This document shows, in pieces, positions 26,031-40,406 of a DNA stretch of 64,000 nucleotides; position 1 is the first letter of the stretch; every line of letters begins with the position of its first letter. The stretch comes from Octopus sinensis (lineage: Eukaryota): positions 74,400,001 to 74,464,000 of the forward strand of contig NC_043004.1 in NCBI RefSeq assembly GCF_006345805.1, read 5' to 3'. A program made the position numbers and the translations under genes. Below the pieces are notes generated by a model, which did not search any database, was not told the origin of the DNA, and was given only the letters and a program-made list of their open reading frames with translations.

Positions 26031-26420
26031 AACAAATCTCCAGAGAAATTTTATTGTGATGGTAGTGAGAAAAGATACTCATAAAAAATATAATTATTTG
26101 AGAAAAAAGAAACATAGAAAGAAAATAGAAAATATTACCTATTTTGGAGATTTTACACGACATAGAAATTTATATATTTCGACAGAAGTCAACAAGGGAG
26201 TCTCTACGTAGCCATTCGACGGGCTAGAAATAGTAGCTAAATATATTTCAAATTACGCACAATGCAACAAGAGTTAAATAGTCATGGCGAGATCGTCATG
26301 TCTAGACCGTCTTTGATCCTAGGTCTGCTCACTTTGGATTTACTTGTATGTCTGTCTGTCTGTATGTATGTATGTATGTATGTATGTATGTATGTATGTG
26401 TGTGTGTGTGTATGTATATA

Positions 26421-27707
26421 TGAGGGGTGTTCATTAAAGATTTCCCCTAACCCACTTCCCAAGGACTGGGGATAAATGAAACTTAGCGTAATTATTAATC
26501 CTTTTTCACCAATGGTGATACACTTCTCCCATCGCTTTTCGCAGCTGTGAAGACCTCGTTTGTCGAAGTCTGGAGCCAAGACTTTACCTCGGAAATAAGT
26601 TTATCCTTATCCAAAAAGTGCTTCCTTTTCGAAAAATACTTCATGGTTGGAAAAAGGTGGAAGTCAGATAGTACGAGGTTGGGAGAGTAAGGAGGATGAG
26701 GAAGATTCATCTGGGCAACATACTTTCATCTGGGCAACAAGTACATTGTGAACTGGGGCGTTGTTGTTGAGGCGGCGGACCCCTTTGGTCAGCATGCCAC
26801 GCCTCTCTGCTTTGAAGGCATCTTGCAATTTCTTTAGCAGAGAAGCATAATATGCCTCGTTAACTGTGGTGCCCTTCGACAGAAAATCCATCATTACTAC
26901 TCCACACTAGTCCCAAAAAGATTAAGCATCACCTTGCTTAATCTTAATGGCACGTGTCCAATCTTGCTGAAGATTAGACACGTGCCATCTTTGGCGGTGG
27001 TGCGTTATCATGCTTTCATTACTTCGACTAGACTTTAATCTCAGGATCATAATGATGGACCCATATTCCCTCCTGTGTGATAAGTCTGCCGAAAACGTCC
27101 TCCTCGTTTTCTTGGCACATTGCCAAAAGAGCCTAGGAACAACTGACTCGTTCCTGCTTCTGAAAAGGTGTGAGTATCCGGAGAATTCACCGTGCAGACA
27201 ACTTCCGCATCGGCAAATCATGAATGATTTTTTTCACAGACCCTACACTTATCTTCACTTCTTGGGCTAGTTGCCGAATAGTTATGCGGTGGTCCTCCAA
27301 AATGGCGGCTTCCACTTTATGGATAGTGGCGCCATCAATGACGGAATGTGATTGTCCAAGAATAGAAGCAGTTTCTACCGATGCCCAACTACATCTGAAT
27401 TGGTGATACCAGTGCTTAACTACGTCGGATGATAGTGCATCATCACCATAAACTTCTTTTATCCTATCGCCAGTCTCTTTTGGTGTACGACCTTTCAGGT
27501 ATAAAAACCTGATCACTGATCTGCATTCAACTACCTCCATTATTACACGTTAGTCCACTCCAGCAGCCGTAAAAGACAAACGAATACGAGAGGAAAGCTG
27601 AAATTCACAAGGTGACATTTTGAGACATGTATAATCATACCTGTACAAGTTCTGTTTCCTGAATAACTGGAAATGGGTCAGAGAAAAATTTTATGGAACA
27701 CCCCTCG
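26421..27707 (-). mobile_element. Full-length mariner element with pseudogenised transposase
   Basis: TIRs (c/t)gaggggtgttc flanked by TA; ~1.29 kb; HTH ORF 27187..27540, then ...NNNAPVH and LPHPPYSPNLVLSDFHLF. Confidence 0.92.
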
Positions 27708-28129
27708 TATGGATGGATGGATAGATTGTATTGCTTCAATTAGCGCTCTAAATGCGTTCCTTAAAAAAATGCAGCGCTGAACGAACCAGTGTTGTACGGG
27801 TCATTGTATCATCGGCTATTTTTAACAGTGATGCAAACTCACTGAAGCTAATAGACTGCATCACCAAGCGACTGATAAATCTAGAGCCATTGTAATGCAC
27901 ACATGAAGCATTTCTATCCTTATCTTTTACTGGTTTCAGCCCAGGGCTGAGGTCATGCTGGTGCACCACATGTAAGCTGGTCGCATACAATGTTTTGTTG
28001 TGTGTGCATAGTTATCTTAGAAAATAAGTGTTTAAGCAAACTTGCTCAGTCTCAATGACAAATACACAGGCCTGCTTTCCATTAATTCAGTTGAAAAATA
28101 CCCGAGAGAAATAACGAAATACAAGAGGT

Positions 28130-29360
28130 TATATCTGGGTAGAAGTTGAGACTCTGGTTCTTCCTGGGTCGTTGGCTGTTTTACAAAGAATACATCTTTT
28201 GTTGCCATTATATGCAAATGCATATTTAATACGTTCCGGTGGATTCGAACGTGAATATTCTAATTGCTGTAGATTCATCTCAGAAGTAGACTCTTGTTTA
28301 TAGCTTCAACGCACAGAACTCTGTTGATGCATGTTGGTATCTACCAACCTTTAATAAATTGTCACGTAGCTTCGAACTCTCGTTCCATTCATTAGTCCAA
28401 TGGTACATTTGACTGATGAAACACAACAATGTCGAAATACCGATTGTCCCAGAGTCCCTCTTGCTAATGAATCAAGGGTTTATAAACACACATTCATCGT
28501 AAAAAAAGAAGTCCTTCTCTTGGGAATAAATACAACATCGATTAGTATATTCACGTTCGAATTTACCGGAACCTTTATTTAAAATAATAGAATAAAAATA
28601 AATATACAAGTCAATCGTTTTGATTATTGCAGTTCACCGTGAATATGACGATTTAATATCTACTGTTTACTTCGTTTTATTAAAACTTCTCTTATGAAGC
28701 AATGCACAATGGTATGATATCTCCTGTCTATGACTTGCTACTACCCTCCCAGTTGGGGCCGTTTTAAGTAAAGTTATATCCACTATCTTAGTAATATGCA
28801 ATTAAGCCTCCATAAACTAGAAACCCTTAAACAAGTATTACCTTTACCGGAATTAGAAACCCTATAAAAGACAATCACGCAAACCTAGAAACTAAACAAC
28901 CTTGTACTAAACAAGTTGATTACTACGAGAACTCTGTGTTGGTGAGGCATTCAGTAGTAAAAATTCTTCATAGTATTAGTAACTCTACATAAGTTCTTCA
29001 TGGTTATTTTCCATAAATTTCAATATTTAACTCCAGCACTTCTTCAGCCGAGAGATTCTTCTATTAACCACAACTTCCACACAGTTTGTAGTTTTTTTTA
29101 CTTCATCCCAACTATGTTATTTGATAGCTTCTGGTTCTATCACTTTGTCGAATTCAGAGAAATCCTTTCATGTTCTGTTCAGAACTTCTAAATTTTGTTC
29201 ATGCAATTTTCTATTATTTTGTCTCCTGTTACTTTGATATTTTCTATGAACTCCATAGCTTTCCCAAGAGGCTTTGGCGATGATAAATTTGTCCCAAACA
29301 ACTATATCTGGCCTGTTATACTTACACTTTGTAGGGTTTTTTATGGAGAGGTTCCAATAT
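28130..29360 (-). mobile_element. Fragments of an R4/Dong-like LINE with restriction-like endonuclease
   Basis: YWNLSIKNPTKCKYNRPDIVVWDK (RLE PD motif) near 29290-29360; NKRCILCKTA zinc-knuckle start near 28175-28205; rearranged. Confidence 0.6.
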
Positions 29361-29404
29361 GTATGCACATACGCATGTATTTATTATATATGTTTGTCTG
29401 TATG

Positions 29405-29765
29405 TACTTATGTCTGTGCAAGACCCTGCCTCAGTAAAGCTGGACTCAAGAGTCATCTTCGTAGTCATAAAGCTAGACAGATGAGTGACAACCTGGCCAC
29501 TGGTGGTGGCGTTACACACCATACTAATCATATCTGTCAGGCATGTGGAAGAGAGTGTAATTCGGCAGGAGGACTTAAACGGCATGCAAAGGTACATGAA
29601 GCCCAGTTACAAGTACAGCCGGCTATTACCAGTAAAGGTTTAGTTGCCAATTTTGTACAAGACATTGTAGATCTTTGGCTGAGCTAAAAAGTCACTTTGG
29701 ATCACAGCACCAATAACAATTAAGCTTCGTGCTACGGCCATACTCGATAACGAGGGGCAGCCCCC
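29405..29765 (+). mobile_element. LINE (RTE-like) 3' end with C2H2 zinc fingers
   Basis: CARPCLSKAGLKSHLRSH and CQACGRECNSAGGLKRHAKVH; ends ggccatactcgataacgaggggcagccc; no intact start. Confidence 0.6.
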
Positions 29766-30589
29766 ATGTACTTATGTATGTGTGTGTTTATGAGTATACA
29801 ATGTATTTAAGACATGTAGTATAGTATTGATGTTCACTGTATCCAATTATTTTATGTAAATTGTCGATAAAATACTTTAGGAAACATTGTAGAATAGATA
29901 TTAAAATCATAGCAAACCATTTATTGATCTTGGGTTCGATTTTTATTTGTTTGGTTGTTTTATGAGTAATTAACCTTTGAAAAGACATGAGCCTCAAAAA
30001 TGCCCATCCCACGCCATGTGAGATCAATAATGCTGATCGGCCATTCAAGAATATTTATGATCACGAAAGATCAATATTTGGACCCTATTTTGTCACGTAA
30101 TTATATTTTTCTATTTACTTATAAATTAATCTTAACCTTTAGTTGAACCGCCCTTATGAGATAAAAAGCTTTGATTTCTTTTTCTTAATGTTTGCTCTGC
30201 CTTTGGTTTGCTTAAATTGTGCTTCTTTCACACCGCAACAAGGAGAAATGTAAAAGCTACAAAGAAAAGATAAAATGTACTAAAATCTAGTCAGTTACAA
30301 AATGGTTGCAAATGGCCTATGAAAGGACTCTAACAAACCACACTAAACGATTGATTAACAGAATGCTTAATCAATCAATCGATTAGTTAATTGGTTTAAT
30401 AGTTAACCAATTAACAAATGAATCATAGAGAAGTGAAATCGAACCAGTGAATGTGTTTAGTATTGGTAAAACTTTTCTACACAGGAGTTCACATCAAGAA
30501 TCTTGCAAACCATACGCGAAAACGAAATATTTTAATTTAAACAACTATATTAATAATCTTTAATCCGTCACCATAGTTACCACCTCCGT

Positions 30590-30665
30590 CTCTTACCTTG
30601 TATATCCTTATCGGATTCCCCTCTGTTGTAAGCATTCAGTCCAAGTCCCCGGTTTATATATATCT
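30590..30665 (-). promoter_or_regulatory. Candidate TATA promoter, short first exon and splice donor
   Basis: Minus strand TATATAAA at ~30654-30661 and AAG|GTAAGA donor ~60 nt downstream at ~30598, in unique sequence. Confidence 0.35.
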
Positions 30666-30814
30666 TCTTTCTTTTCCTCCCACCAGTCCGAAGGCTATGA
30701 AATTAAAAAAACAACCGTGTTTTCTTCCGCTAACTTTTTTCCTCAAGCCCCAAGACTCATGAGGTCAGTTAACCGGTTTCCACGGTGGCAAATATCTAAA
30801 ACTACTGGCAATCC

Positions 30815-31107
30815 GTTGGCTACAACGAAGTGGGTTCCAGTTGATCCAATCAATGGAACAGCCTGCTCGTGAAATTAACGTGCAAGCGACTGAGTACACT
30901 ACAGACACGCGTACCCTTAACGTAGTTCTCGAGAAGATTCAGCATGACACGGAATGTTACAAAGCCGGCAGTTTGAAATACAAGTACTACTCATTTTTGC
31001 CAGCTGAGTCAACTGGAGCAACGTGAAATACGTGTCACCAGAAATTGAACTCACAACTTTATCATCGTGAGCCTAATACCCTAACGACTAAGCCACGCGC
31101 CTTCACG
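30815..31107 (-). mobile_element. tRNA-derived SINE family C
   Basis: Minus-strand head ggcgcgtggcttagtcgttagggtattaggctcacgatg...gagttcaatt; partial copy at ~24915-25015. Confidence 0.7.
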
Positions 31108-31947
31108 TAAAGGTGCGTAGTAGCGAATATAAGTAACTGAGATCGCAACATTTCCTCTGATCGAGCCCCAGTCTGTGACAGAATTGAAGACCAGCAATTT
31201 TGAGGGTAGATTACAAGTTGACTCCAGTACCTGACTTGTACTTTATTCTTTCGAAGGAAAGAAAGGCAAAGTTGACCTTGGCGGTATTCGAACTCAGAAC
31301 GTACAGATCCCGAAGAAATTGCCACTAGGCATATTGTCCGACGTGTTAACGATTCTACCTGCTCGCCGCCTTTCTTCCTCTGACTAAGCCATAGAGGCTG
31401 TTTAATATAATTTTTTTATGGTTTGTGAGAAATATCACTTTTCGTTTTGTTACATACTATAGCATGTTATACACGGCCGCAGTCAAATGGTTGAAACAAA
31501 TAAAAGATATAAAAATAATAAGCCAGAAGAAATATTGCAAGACCTAAGGATTTTGCCATCCAAATAATGGTTTCTTATTTAGAAAAAAATGGCCAGAAAT
31601 TTTAATTGGAGCGGAAGAGTCGATACCATCCTCCTCAATATTTAACTGGTACTTCTTTCATCGATCCATGGAGGAATAAAAGGCAAAGTTAAGCTGGGCG
31701 AGTTTCTAATATAGGCACAGCAACACGAATTCTGTGGACTGAGGTGAGGTATAATCGATTATATCGATCTCTCTATGTGACTGCTGCTTATTTTCTTTAC
31801 TCAAAATATGCAAAAGGGAAAATCGATTTTGACAGTTTATGAAGTCAGATACCAAAACTGACGTTACTAAATATCAGAAGTAATTTTATCCGCCACTCTA
31901 ATGATTTTACCAGTCCACCGATTAATGATATCCGTGATTAATGATAT

Positions 31948-33040
31948 CGGCGAGCTGGCAGAATCGTTAGCACGTCGGGTGAAATGCCTAGCGGTATTTC
32001 GTCTGCCGTTACGTTCTGAGTTCAAATTCCGCCGAGGTCGACTTTGCCTTTCATCCTTTTGGGGTCGATTAAATAAGTACCAGTTACGCACTGGGGTCGA
32101 TATAATCGACTTAATCCATTTGTCCGTCCTTGTTTGTCCCCTCTGTGTTTAGCCCCTTGTGGGTAGTAAAGAAATAGATATCTGTGTTATTATATTTATT
32201 TCTTTATTGCCCACAGAAGGCTAAATATAGAGGTGACAAACAAGGACAAAGGGATTAAGTCGATTACATCAACCTCAGTGCATGACGGGTACTTATCTAA
32301 TACATCCTGGAAGGATGAACGGCAAAGTCGACCTCGGCGGAATTTGAACTCAGAACGTAACGGCAGTGGAAATGCCTATTTCTTTACTACAAACAAGGGC
32401 TAAACACAGAGGGGGCAGACAATGACAGGCACGGATGAAGTCGATTATATCGACGCCAATGCGTAACTGGTACTTATTTAATCGACCCTGAAAGGATGAA
32501 AGGCAAAGTCGACCTCGGCGGAATTTGAACTTAGAACGTAGCGGCAGGAGAAATACCGCTAGGCATTTTGCCCGGCGTGCTAACGTTTCTGCCAACTCCC
32601 CGCCCTTCTGTGTTATATTTATTTCTTTATTGCCCACAGTGGGGAGGGATAAACATAGAGGGGCCAAACAAGGACAGACAAAGGGATTAAGTCGATTACA
32701 TCGACTCCAATGCGTGACTGGTACTTATTTAATTGACCCCGAAAGGATGAAAGGCAAACTCGACCTCTGCGAAATTTGAACTCAGAACGTAGCGGAAGGC
32801 GAAATACCTATTTCTTTACTACCCACAAGGGGACAAACACAGAGAGGACAAACAAGGACAGACATAGGTATTAAGTCGATTATATCGAATCAGTGCGTTA
32901 CTGGTACTTATTTAATTGCACCCGAAAGGATGAAAGGCAAAGTCGACCTCGGCGTAATTTGAACTCAAAACGTAATGGCAGACGAAATACAGCTACGCAT
33001 TCCGCCCGGCGTGCTAACGTTTCTGCCAGCTCATCGCCTT
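31948..33040. mobile_element. SINE family B block: one + copy tail-to-tail with four - copies
   Basis: 31948-32180 (+) then 32195-33040 (-). Confidence 0.9.
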
Positions 33041-33508
33041 TCTGTGTTATTTTATTAACTAATTAATTCATATGGAGTTTTCTGTAAACTCCCATCTTAC
33101 GTAAACTTTCATTGTTTCTCGTGTTTCAGTAAGATAGCTCATGGTTTCTTCTGTATTTCTCCTATTTCTGACATTTAAACATTTACTTTGGTATTGTGTA
33201 GTTATCTCTCCCCGTTCGTTCGTGAAATATTTAAATTTATTCTGTATTTCACAAACGCTTGAGAAATACAGAAAGGTTTTAGTAAAACAAACAAACTCAA
33301 CGCTATTACTTATTTTTTTGCATCTGCTACATAGTCTATCCGTCACCCTTGCCGAACTTCTAAGTTACGTGCACACAAACAAGACAACATCTGTTGTTAT
33401 CAAGCCGTTAAGGAGGACAGCACAAGACAAACGCACATGTGTGCGTGTCTCTGTGTTTGTGTGTCTGTGTTGTCCTCTTCAACTGTTTGATAACAGCAGG
33501 TGTTGGTT

Positions 33509-33529
<21 letters not shown>

Positions 33530-33582
<53 letters not shown>

Positions 33583-33596
33583 GTGTGTGTGTGTGT

Positions 33597-33631
<35 letters not shown>

Positions 33632-33755
33632 AGATAAAGTAGCCAAATTTTAGAAATTTCGCTACCAGCGGTCCACCATGTATAAAAAGTCAATATACAA
33701 CTTATTTTCCATAAATGTACACTAATTTTATACATACATATATATATATATCGTA

Positions 33756-33796
<41 letters not shown>

Positions 33797-33832
33797 CATA
33801 TATATATGATATATATTATATACATATATATG

Positions 33833-33872
<40 letters not shown>

Positions 33873-33883
33873 GTATGTATGTA

Positions 33884-33932
<49 letters not shown>

Positions 33933-34153
33933 AGATAAAGTAGCCAAATTTTAGAAATTTCGCTACCAGCGGTCCACCATGTATAAAAAGTCAATATACA
34001 ACTTATTTTCCATAAATGTACACTAATTTTATACATACATATATATATATCGTATGCATATATATATATAATATATATATATATATTATATACATATATA
34101 TATATGATATATATTATATATATATATATATAGATATATATATATATATATAG

Positions 34154-34191
<38 letters not shown>

Positions 34192-34212
34192 GTATGTATA
34201 TATATGTATGTG

Positions 34213-34240
<28 letters not shown>
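33530..34240. repeat. Tandem duplication, period ~301 bp, with an identical ~110-bp core between microsatellites
   Basis: 33626-33735 matches 33927-34036. Confidence 0.9.
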
Positions 34241-34245
<5 letters not shown>

Positions 34246-36067
34246 CAGTTTCTGTCAACCAAATTCACTTAGAAGGGCATTGATCTGTGGGGCATTCCTT
34301 TCATCTAGAGACTAGAGCCAACCTCTAACAACAACAACCTAATAGCAGTTGTAATTGATTGTCAAATTCAATGTTGACAAAACTTCATTGTAGGTTTCTT
34401 GCATATTTGACATCTTGTCATAAATATTATTTATTTATGTCTAAGCTGTAATTGTCATCCAGAGCTCTGAATTTCAAAATGACCTTCATTGTCATCATCA
34501 TCATCATCATCATTTTCTATGCTTGTATGGGCTGGACGATTTCACTGGAGTAAGCAAGCCAAAGGACTGCACCATTCTCTACTGTCCCCTTTTGCATGGT
34601 CTCCATGGCTGGATGCCCTTTCTAATGCCAACCACTTTACAAGGTGTACTGAGTGCTTTTTCACATGGGGTCAGCACCAGCAATATCACCAAGCAGCTGG
34701 CAAAGAACCCTCAGCTGAGAGTAGAAATGGTATTGAGAGAGGTAGCTTTATATACCAGGTGATGAGAGGTTAAACTATGATACAGATAAAATTTTGCTGT
34801 AGAAAAGATACACAGTTACTCCACACAGAGAGGGGGAGAGAGAGAGAGTGAGAAAGTGAGAAAGAGAGAAAGTGAGAGACAGAGAAAGAGATAGAGAGTC
34901 TATTTTATTTATTTATTTTCGGTGAACAGTAGTGTCATTGGTTGTGGCTATCAAACCGTCCAGCCACTGGTTTGCTACATTTCCAATGGCCATGTTGAGA
35001 GGAGCGAATGAGTTTCTATGTAAATGAGTAATGAGCAAATATGAACAGAAGTTTTCCATTTGAAGGGTACTTGTTGTATAGTTTATCCCCTGATCTTTAT
35101 ATCTTTGGCCTATATACAGAGGCAAAAGACACACACATGCACTTGCATATACATCCAGTTAACAGGTGGGATATTCCATTCTGTATACAGTAGATTACTC
35201 TCTTTACTCTTTTACTTGTTTCAGTCATTTGACTGTGGCCATACTGGAGCACTGCCTTTAGTCGAGCAAATCGACCCCAGGACTTATTCTTTGTAAGCCT
35301 AGTACTTATTCTATCGGCCTCTTTTACCGAACCGCTAAGTTACGGGGATGTAAACACACCAACATTGGTTGTCAAGCGATATTGGGGGAACAAACATAGA
35401 TATACAAACACACATACACATATATATACATATACATATATTCGACGGGCTTCTTTCAGTTTCCATCTACCAAATCCACTCACAAGGCTTTGGTCGGCCC
35501 GAGGCTATAGTAGAAGACACTAGCCCAAGGTGCCACACAGTGAGACTGAACCCGGAACCATGTGATTGGTAAGCCGACTACTTACCATACAGCCACTCCT
35601 GCATCTAGATTCCTAATTTTTTTTTAATTTCCTTTTGAGTGAAAGACAAAAATGAAAAATCTAAATGACAATTATTAGTGAATCTCATAAGGAAAAGGAG
35701 ATAATTTCAATATATTAAGTATAATGATTTGGGGTTAATTTACATGCTTAGGGAAAAGACTATCAGGTCTTTATTGCAGACTAGGACTGACTATACACAC
35801 ACACAGACACGATGGGCTTCCTATAGTTTCTGTCTATAAATTCCACTCACAATGCATTGGTCAACCTGTGGCTATAGTGATGACACTTGCCCAAGGTACC
35901 ATGTAATGAGACTGAACCTAAGTCCTGGTGATATGTAACTGCAAAGCAAATTTCTTTTTCACATTTCTATACATATGATACCATTAGAACTGAACTTTTA
36001 ATCTACTGATCATTGAAAGGTGTTGTCATATGTAAAGGTGAAGGTTTAATTAACTTTATTAGTTTTA

Positions 36068-36633
36068 TTGGGTTGTCCAGAAAGTCCGTGCCAATTTTTG
36101 AAGGAAAGAAAAAGGTCAATAAATACTTGCCATTACATTTTTAATCAACCAAATATGAAACATTTTGTTGCACAATGCATCTCCATCTTTCCTTTAACTT
36201 GAAAATATACTCTTCCCAGAATTGAGGTGGTTTCATGGCAAATAATTCATCAAGGTATCTTTTTATATCATCCAAGGAATTGAAATTTTTACCATCAAGA
36301 CTATTCTGCAGAGACCTGAATAAGTGGAAATCCGAAGGAGCAATATCTGGTGAATATGGAGGGTGGGGTAACACATCCCAGCTGAGCTGCAGCAATTTTT
36401 GTTTGGTTCCCAAAGCATCAAGTGCCGAAAATGAGCTTTCTTATCTTCCATTTTAAAGGGTTACAGAATTAATAAAGGTTATAGGAACATAAACCTTCTT
36501 CCATGAAAAGATAGCTTAAACTGTGCTCTAAATGGAGGTGTAGTCAAATCCTATTTTATGGACTCAGCCATGTTCTAAAATAAGTTGAAATGTAAGCTAC
36601 TATAAATTAGCACGAACTTTCCAGACAACCCAA
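36068..36633 (-). mobile_element. Internally deleted mariner
   Basis: TIRs ttgggttgtccagaaagt and actttccagacaacccaa with TA TSD; ORF 36141..36413 has WDVLPHPPYSPDIAPSDFHLFRSLQN. Confidence 0.92.
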
Positions 36634-36879
36634 TATTTTTGTCATCAGGGAAATAATCACAAACGAAGCTAAGGAGTAATTGTAAATAAACAAAAGGCTG
36701 TTCTTTTTACCCAGACAGAAGTAATTGTAGCCTTGTTGATCAATTGTTTTTTTGTTGTTGTTTAGCAAGGCACTCCTGGCAATTATGTAGTCGTTTCAGC
36801 AACTATGACCTAGAGAGACAGTATTCCAGCCATGCAAGGAGGCTAGTGGAGGATCTTACTGTGAGGATTTATAAGTTGA

Positions 36880-37590
36880 TTGTTAGTGGATTATATGAGG
36901 TTTATATGAAGATTATATTGAGATTATATATAGAATGTACATGGATTAGAATTAGACAATATACAAAATACATGGATTAAATAGTACCTACATGTAGATT
37001 TAGTGTGGATGATACACGACTTGTATGTGGATTAGATGTGAATTAGTAAAGTATATAGATTATATGTGGATTATATGAGGATTATATTGAGATTTTATAT
37101 AGACTGTATGTGGATTAGATGTAGACAATATACAAAATACATGGATTAAATAGTACCTGCATGTAGATTTAGTGTGGATGATACATGACTTGTATGTGGA
37201 TTAGATGTGAATTAGTAAAGTATATAGATTATATGTGGATTATACTGGGTTTGTGCATGGTAGTTTTGCCTGTTGTTTTATTGGCCCTTAATCCTTTCAG
37301 TTTCTGTATGTCTGTTAGGTTCAGGTGGGGGTTACCAGAAAGACAATTACTGGTAAAAACGTCAATATAAGACTGTGATAACCTGGATGCACAGCAGTGA
37401 TGAAATGGATATAAAACTATAATAAAATAGCTATATATAACAATGATCAAAAGATATGCAACAGTTTTATAACAGATATAAATCGGTGATAAAATTGATA
37501 CAAAACTGTGATAAAAGCGGATGTACAAAAGTAATAAAGCCATAATACAACCATAATGAAATGGTTATAAAACTGTGATAAAGAAATATA
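36880..37590. repeat. Degenerate ~11-bp minisatellites with a ~165-bp higher-order duplication
   Basis: ggattatatgt-type units duplicated at ~36905-37240; gataaaactgt-type units at 37380-37590. Confidence 0.7.
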
Positions 37591-40325
37591 TAACAGGGAA
37601 GACATATGTTCCAAAGGAAAGAAAATTTGATCAAATCACATAATAGGCACAGGTGTGGCTGTGTGGTAAGAAGCTTGCTTCTCAATCTCATGATTCTGTG
37701 TTCAGTCCCACTGCATGGCACCTTAGGCAAATGTCTTCTACTATAGCCTTGCACCAACCTAAGCCTGGTGAGTGGATTTGGTAGACAGAAACTGAAAGAA
37801 GCCTGTCTTATATATATATATATATATAAACTCATATACATACATATGTAAATATATGGTTGTGTGTCTGTGTTTGTCACCCCCACTATCACTTGACAAC
37901 TGATGTTGGTGTGTTTATGTCCCCGTAACTTAGTGGTTCAACAAAAGAAGCTGATAGAATAAGTACTAGGCTTACAAAGAATAAATCCGGGGGTCAATTC
38001 ATTCAACTAAAAGGTGGTGCTCCAGCATGGCCATAAGCAAATGACTGAAACAAGTAAAAGAGCAAAAAGTGTAAAAGAGTAACAGGGTTGTCTCTTAAAA
38101 TCAGATCTGCAAATTAATAACTTGGTTGTTTCATATTTAAATGTTTACCACACTTGGCTAAGCTTTTTATGCATCTATTTTTCCAAGCTGGCATGAGATG
38201 AACAGTTCAACAGGATCAGGGGAGCTGCGGGGTTGCATCAGTCTTGAATGTCGGCTTTTGCCTGGTTTTTATGGCTGGATGCCCTTCCTTATGCCAACCA
38301 CTTTATAGTGTGTAGTGGGTGCTTTTTACATAGCACCAGCACTAGTGAGGTTGTCATGTAAATTATAGGAGAGAAAAAAAATCATAAAAAAGCCCTTTTG
38401 ACTGAGCAGGAGGAAAAGTATTTGAGAAGGCAGTGAGCTGGCAGAAACGTTAGAATGCCAGGTGAAATGCTGAGCGGTATTTCGTCTGTTTTTATGTTCT
38501 GAGTTCAAATTCCGCCAAGGTCGACTTTGCCTTTCATCTTTTCGGGGTCGATAAATTAAGTACCAGTTACGCACTGGGTTGATGTAATCGACTTAATCCG
38601 TTTGTCTGTCCTTGTTTGTCCCCTCTATGTTTAGCCCCTTGTGGACAATAAAGAAATAGGGAAAGTATTTGAGAGGGGGATGTAACTTTATGCTGGGTGT
38701 TGAGAAGTTAAAGTATGAACAAAGAATGGCCACTGGCCTTTTGTTATGAAAACCTTACATTATATACGGGTCGGTGGGAGTTGCTGGAGAAATGACAAAA
38801 GTGGTAGAGATGGGGCGACAAATCTTTTCTCAGATGATTTTACATCTCATAACCGGTTAGAATTGTTGTCATTGTTATTGTTGTTAACAGTTGAGGTGGT
38901 GAGGGAGGGCATGAGAATATATTTCTATCCAAAGGCCCTTGTTTTATAACAGAGATCAATATTTTAGAATCTATGCAATATCTTTAAGCTACAGTACCTC
39001 CTATCTTGTTAAGACACCTTATACTAAAGTATCACGATTGACTGCTAGCTCCAAAAGTTTTTTTATTCTCTCTCTGTCTATTTACATATTCCTTTCCGTT
39101 AAAGAGCGTAGACTCAAAAACATAAAGAGATTTCTCACCTTCCCGAGTGTTAAACTAATATACCTGTTTGTTGTTTATACACCTGTCTTCATCTTTTGTT
39201 TTTCTGTAAATTTCAGCTATTGCTTTGATAATTGCTTTTATAGATTAGTTTAGATTAGATTCTGCTGTAAAAGTACTGTCTCAAGTTCTAGGACTCATAG
39301 GGCCACTTGCCTGTGTTCCGTGGTGTATCAATGATCAAGGTCACAACGACCCCTCTGAACAGGACGCCAGTCTGTCACATTTTCGGATGACTGAACTGAA
39401 GCAATGTGAAATGAAATGGTTTCACTCAAGATCACAATGCACTACATGGTTCAGGAATTGAAACCACAATCTTGCAATAGTGAGTGCAACACCCTAACCA
39501 CTAGGCCACATTTCATCTTAGTTTCTTCTTCACTGATATCATGAAAAAAAAGTGGGGGATTATGGTTTTCCGTTAACTGCAGTTATTTTCCCCAACATGT
39601 TCTTATCTAGTCAGACAGCGAGAGATAACAAGGTCTTGTTGTTGACATACACTGCTTTTCAACTCAATTAACTTTTAGTGAATACCAGCAAACTTAATTA
39701 GGAGAGGTTTCGTTTTTTTTTTTTATTTCGTCTTTTCTCTGAACTCATCTAATTAAAATTTCAACATTCAATTTATTTGCAAATATTCTAGAGACTTTGT
39801 TTAGAGATTATTTTTGTGTTGACATCATAAAGTTAAAGAAGTGAGGTGAGGAGTTGGAAGGGGAGTGGAAACATGGTTACAATTTGCTGTTTGTTTAATA
39901 GGTTTTTTTAATAAACAATGTCAAGATGAAATCTCATGTATAAATGGCAGCAAGCTGGCAGAAATGTTAGCACGCTGGGTGAAATGCTTAGCAGTATTTC
40001 GTCTGTCTTTACGTTCTGAGTTCAAATTCCACCAAGGTCAACTTTGCCTTTCATTCTTTCAAGGTCGATAAATAAAGTACCAGTTGCGTACTGGGGTTGA
40101 TCTAATAGACTGGCCCCCTCCCCAAAAATTTCGGGCCTTGTGCCTAGAGTAGAAAAGAAAACTAAAGTATAAGTTACTTTCTATCTTTCTACATTTGCCC
40201 TGCTTTTTATTTTGTTTCGTTCAATGGACAGTGGTGATGCTGGTCTGGGAGAACAAACACAGGCACAAATGCATACACACACATATATTTAAACATATAT
40301 ATATATGTGTATATATATATATATA

Positions 40326-40356
<31 letters not shown>

Positions 40357-40406
40357 ATCAGAAAATCAATATTAGAAAATTCTTCAGAAAGATATATACA
40401 TGTGTA

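Noticed and set aside
29274-29687. Host C2H2 zinc-finger gene
   Set aside because: No credible start or splice context; it fits a LINE C-terminus and 3' end.
36141-36413. Domesticated SETMAR-like gene
   Set aside because: Bounded by mariner TIRs, internally deleted and with no SET domain.
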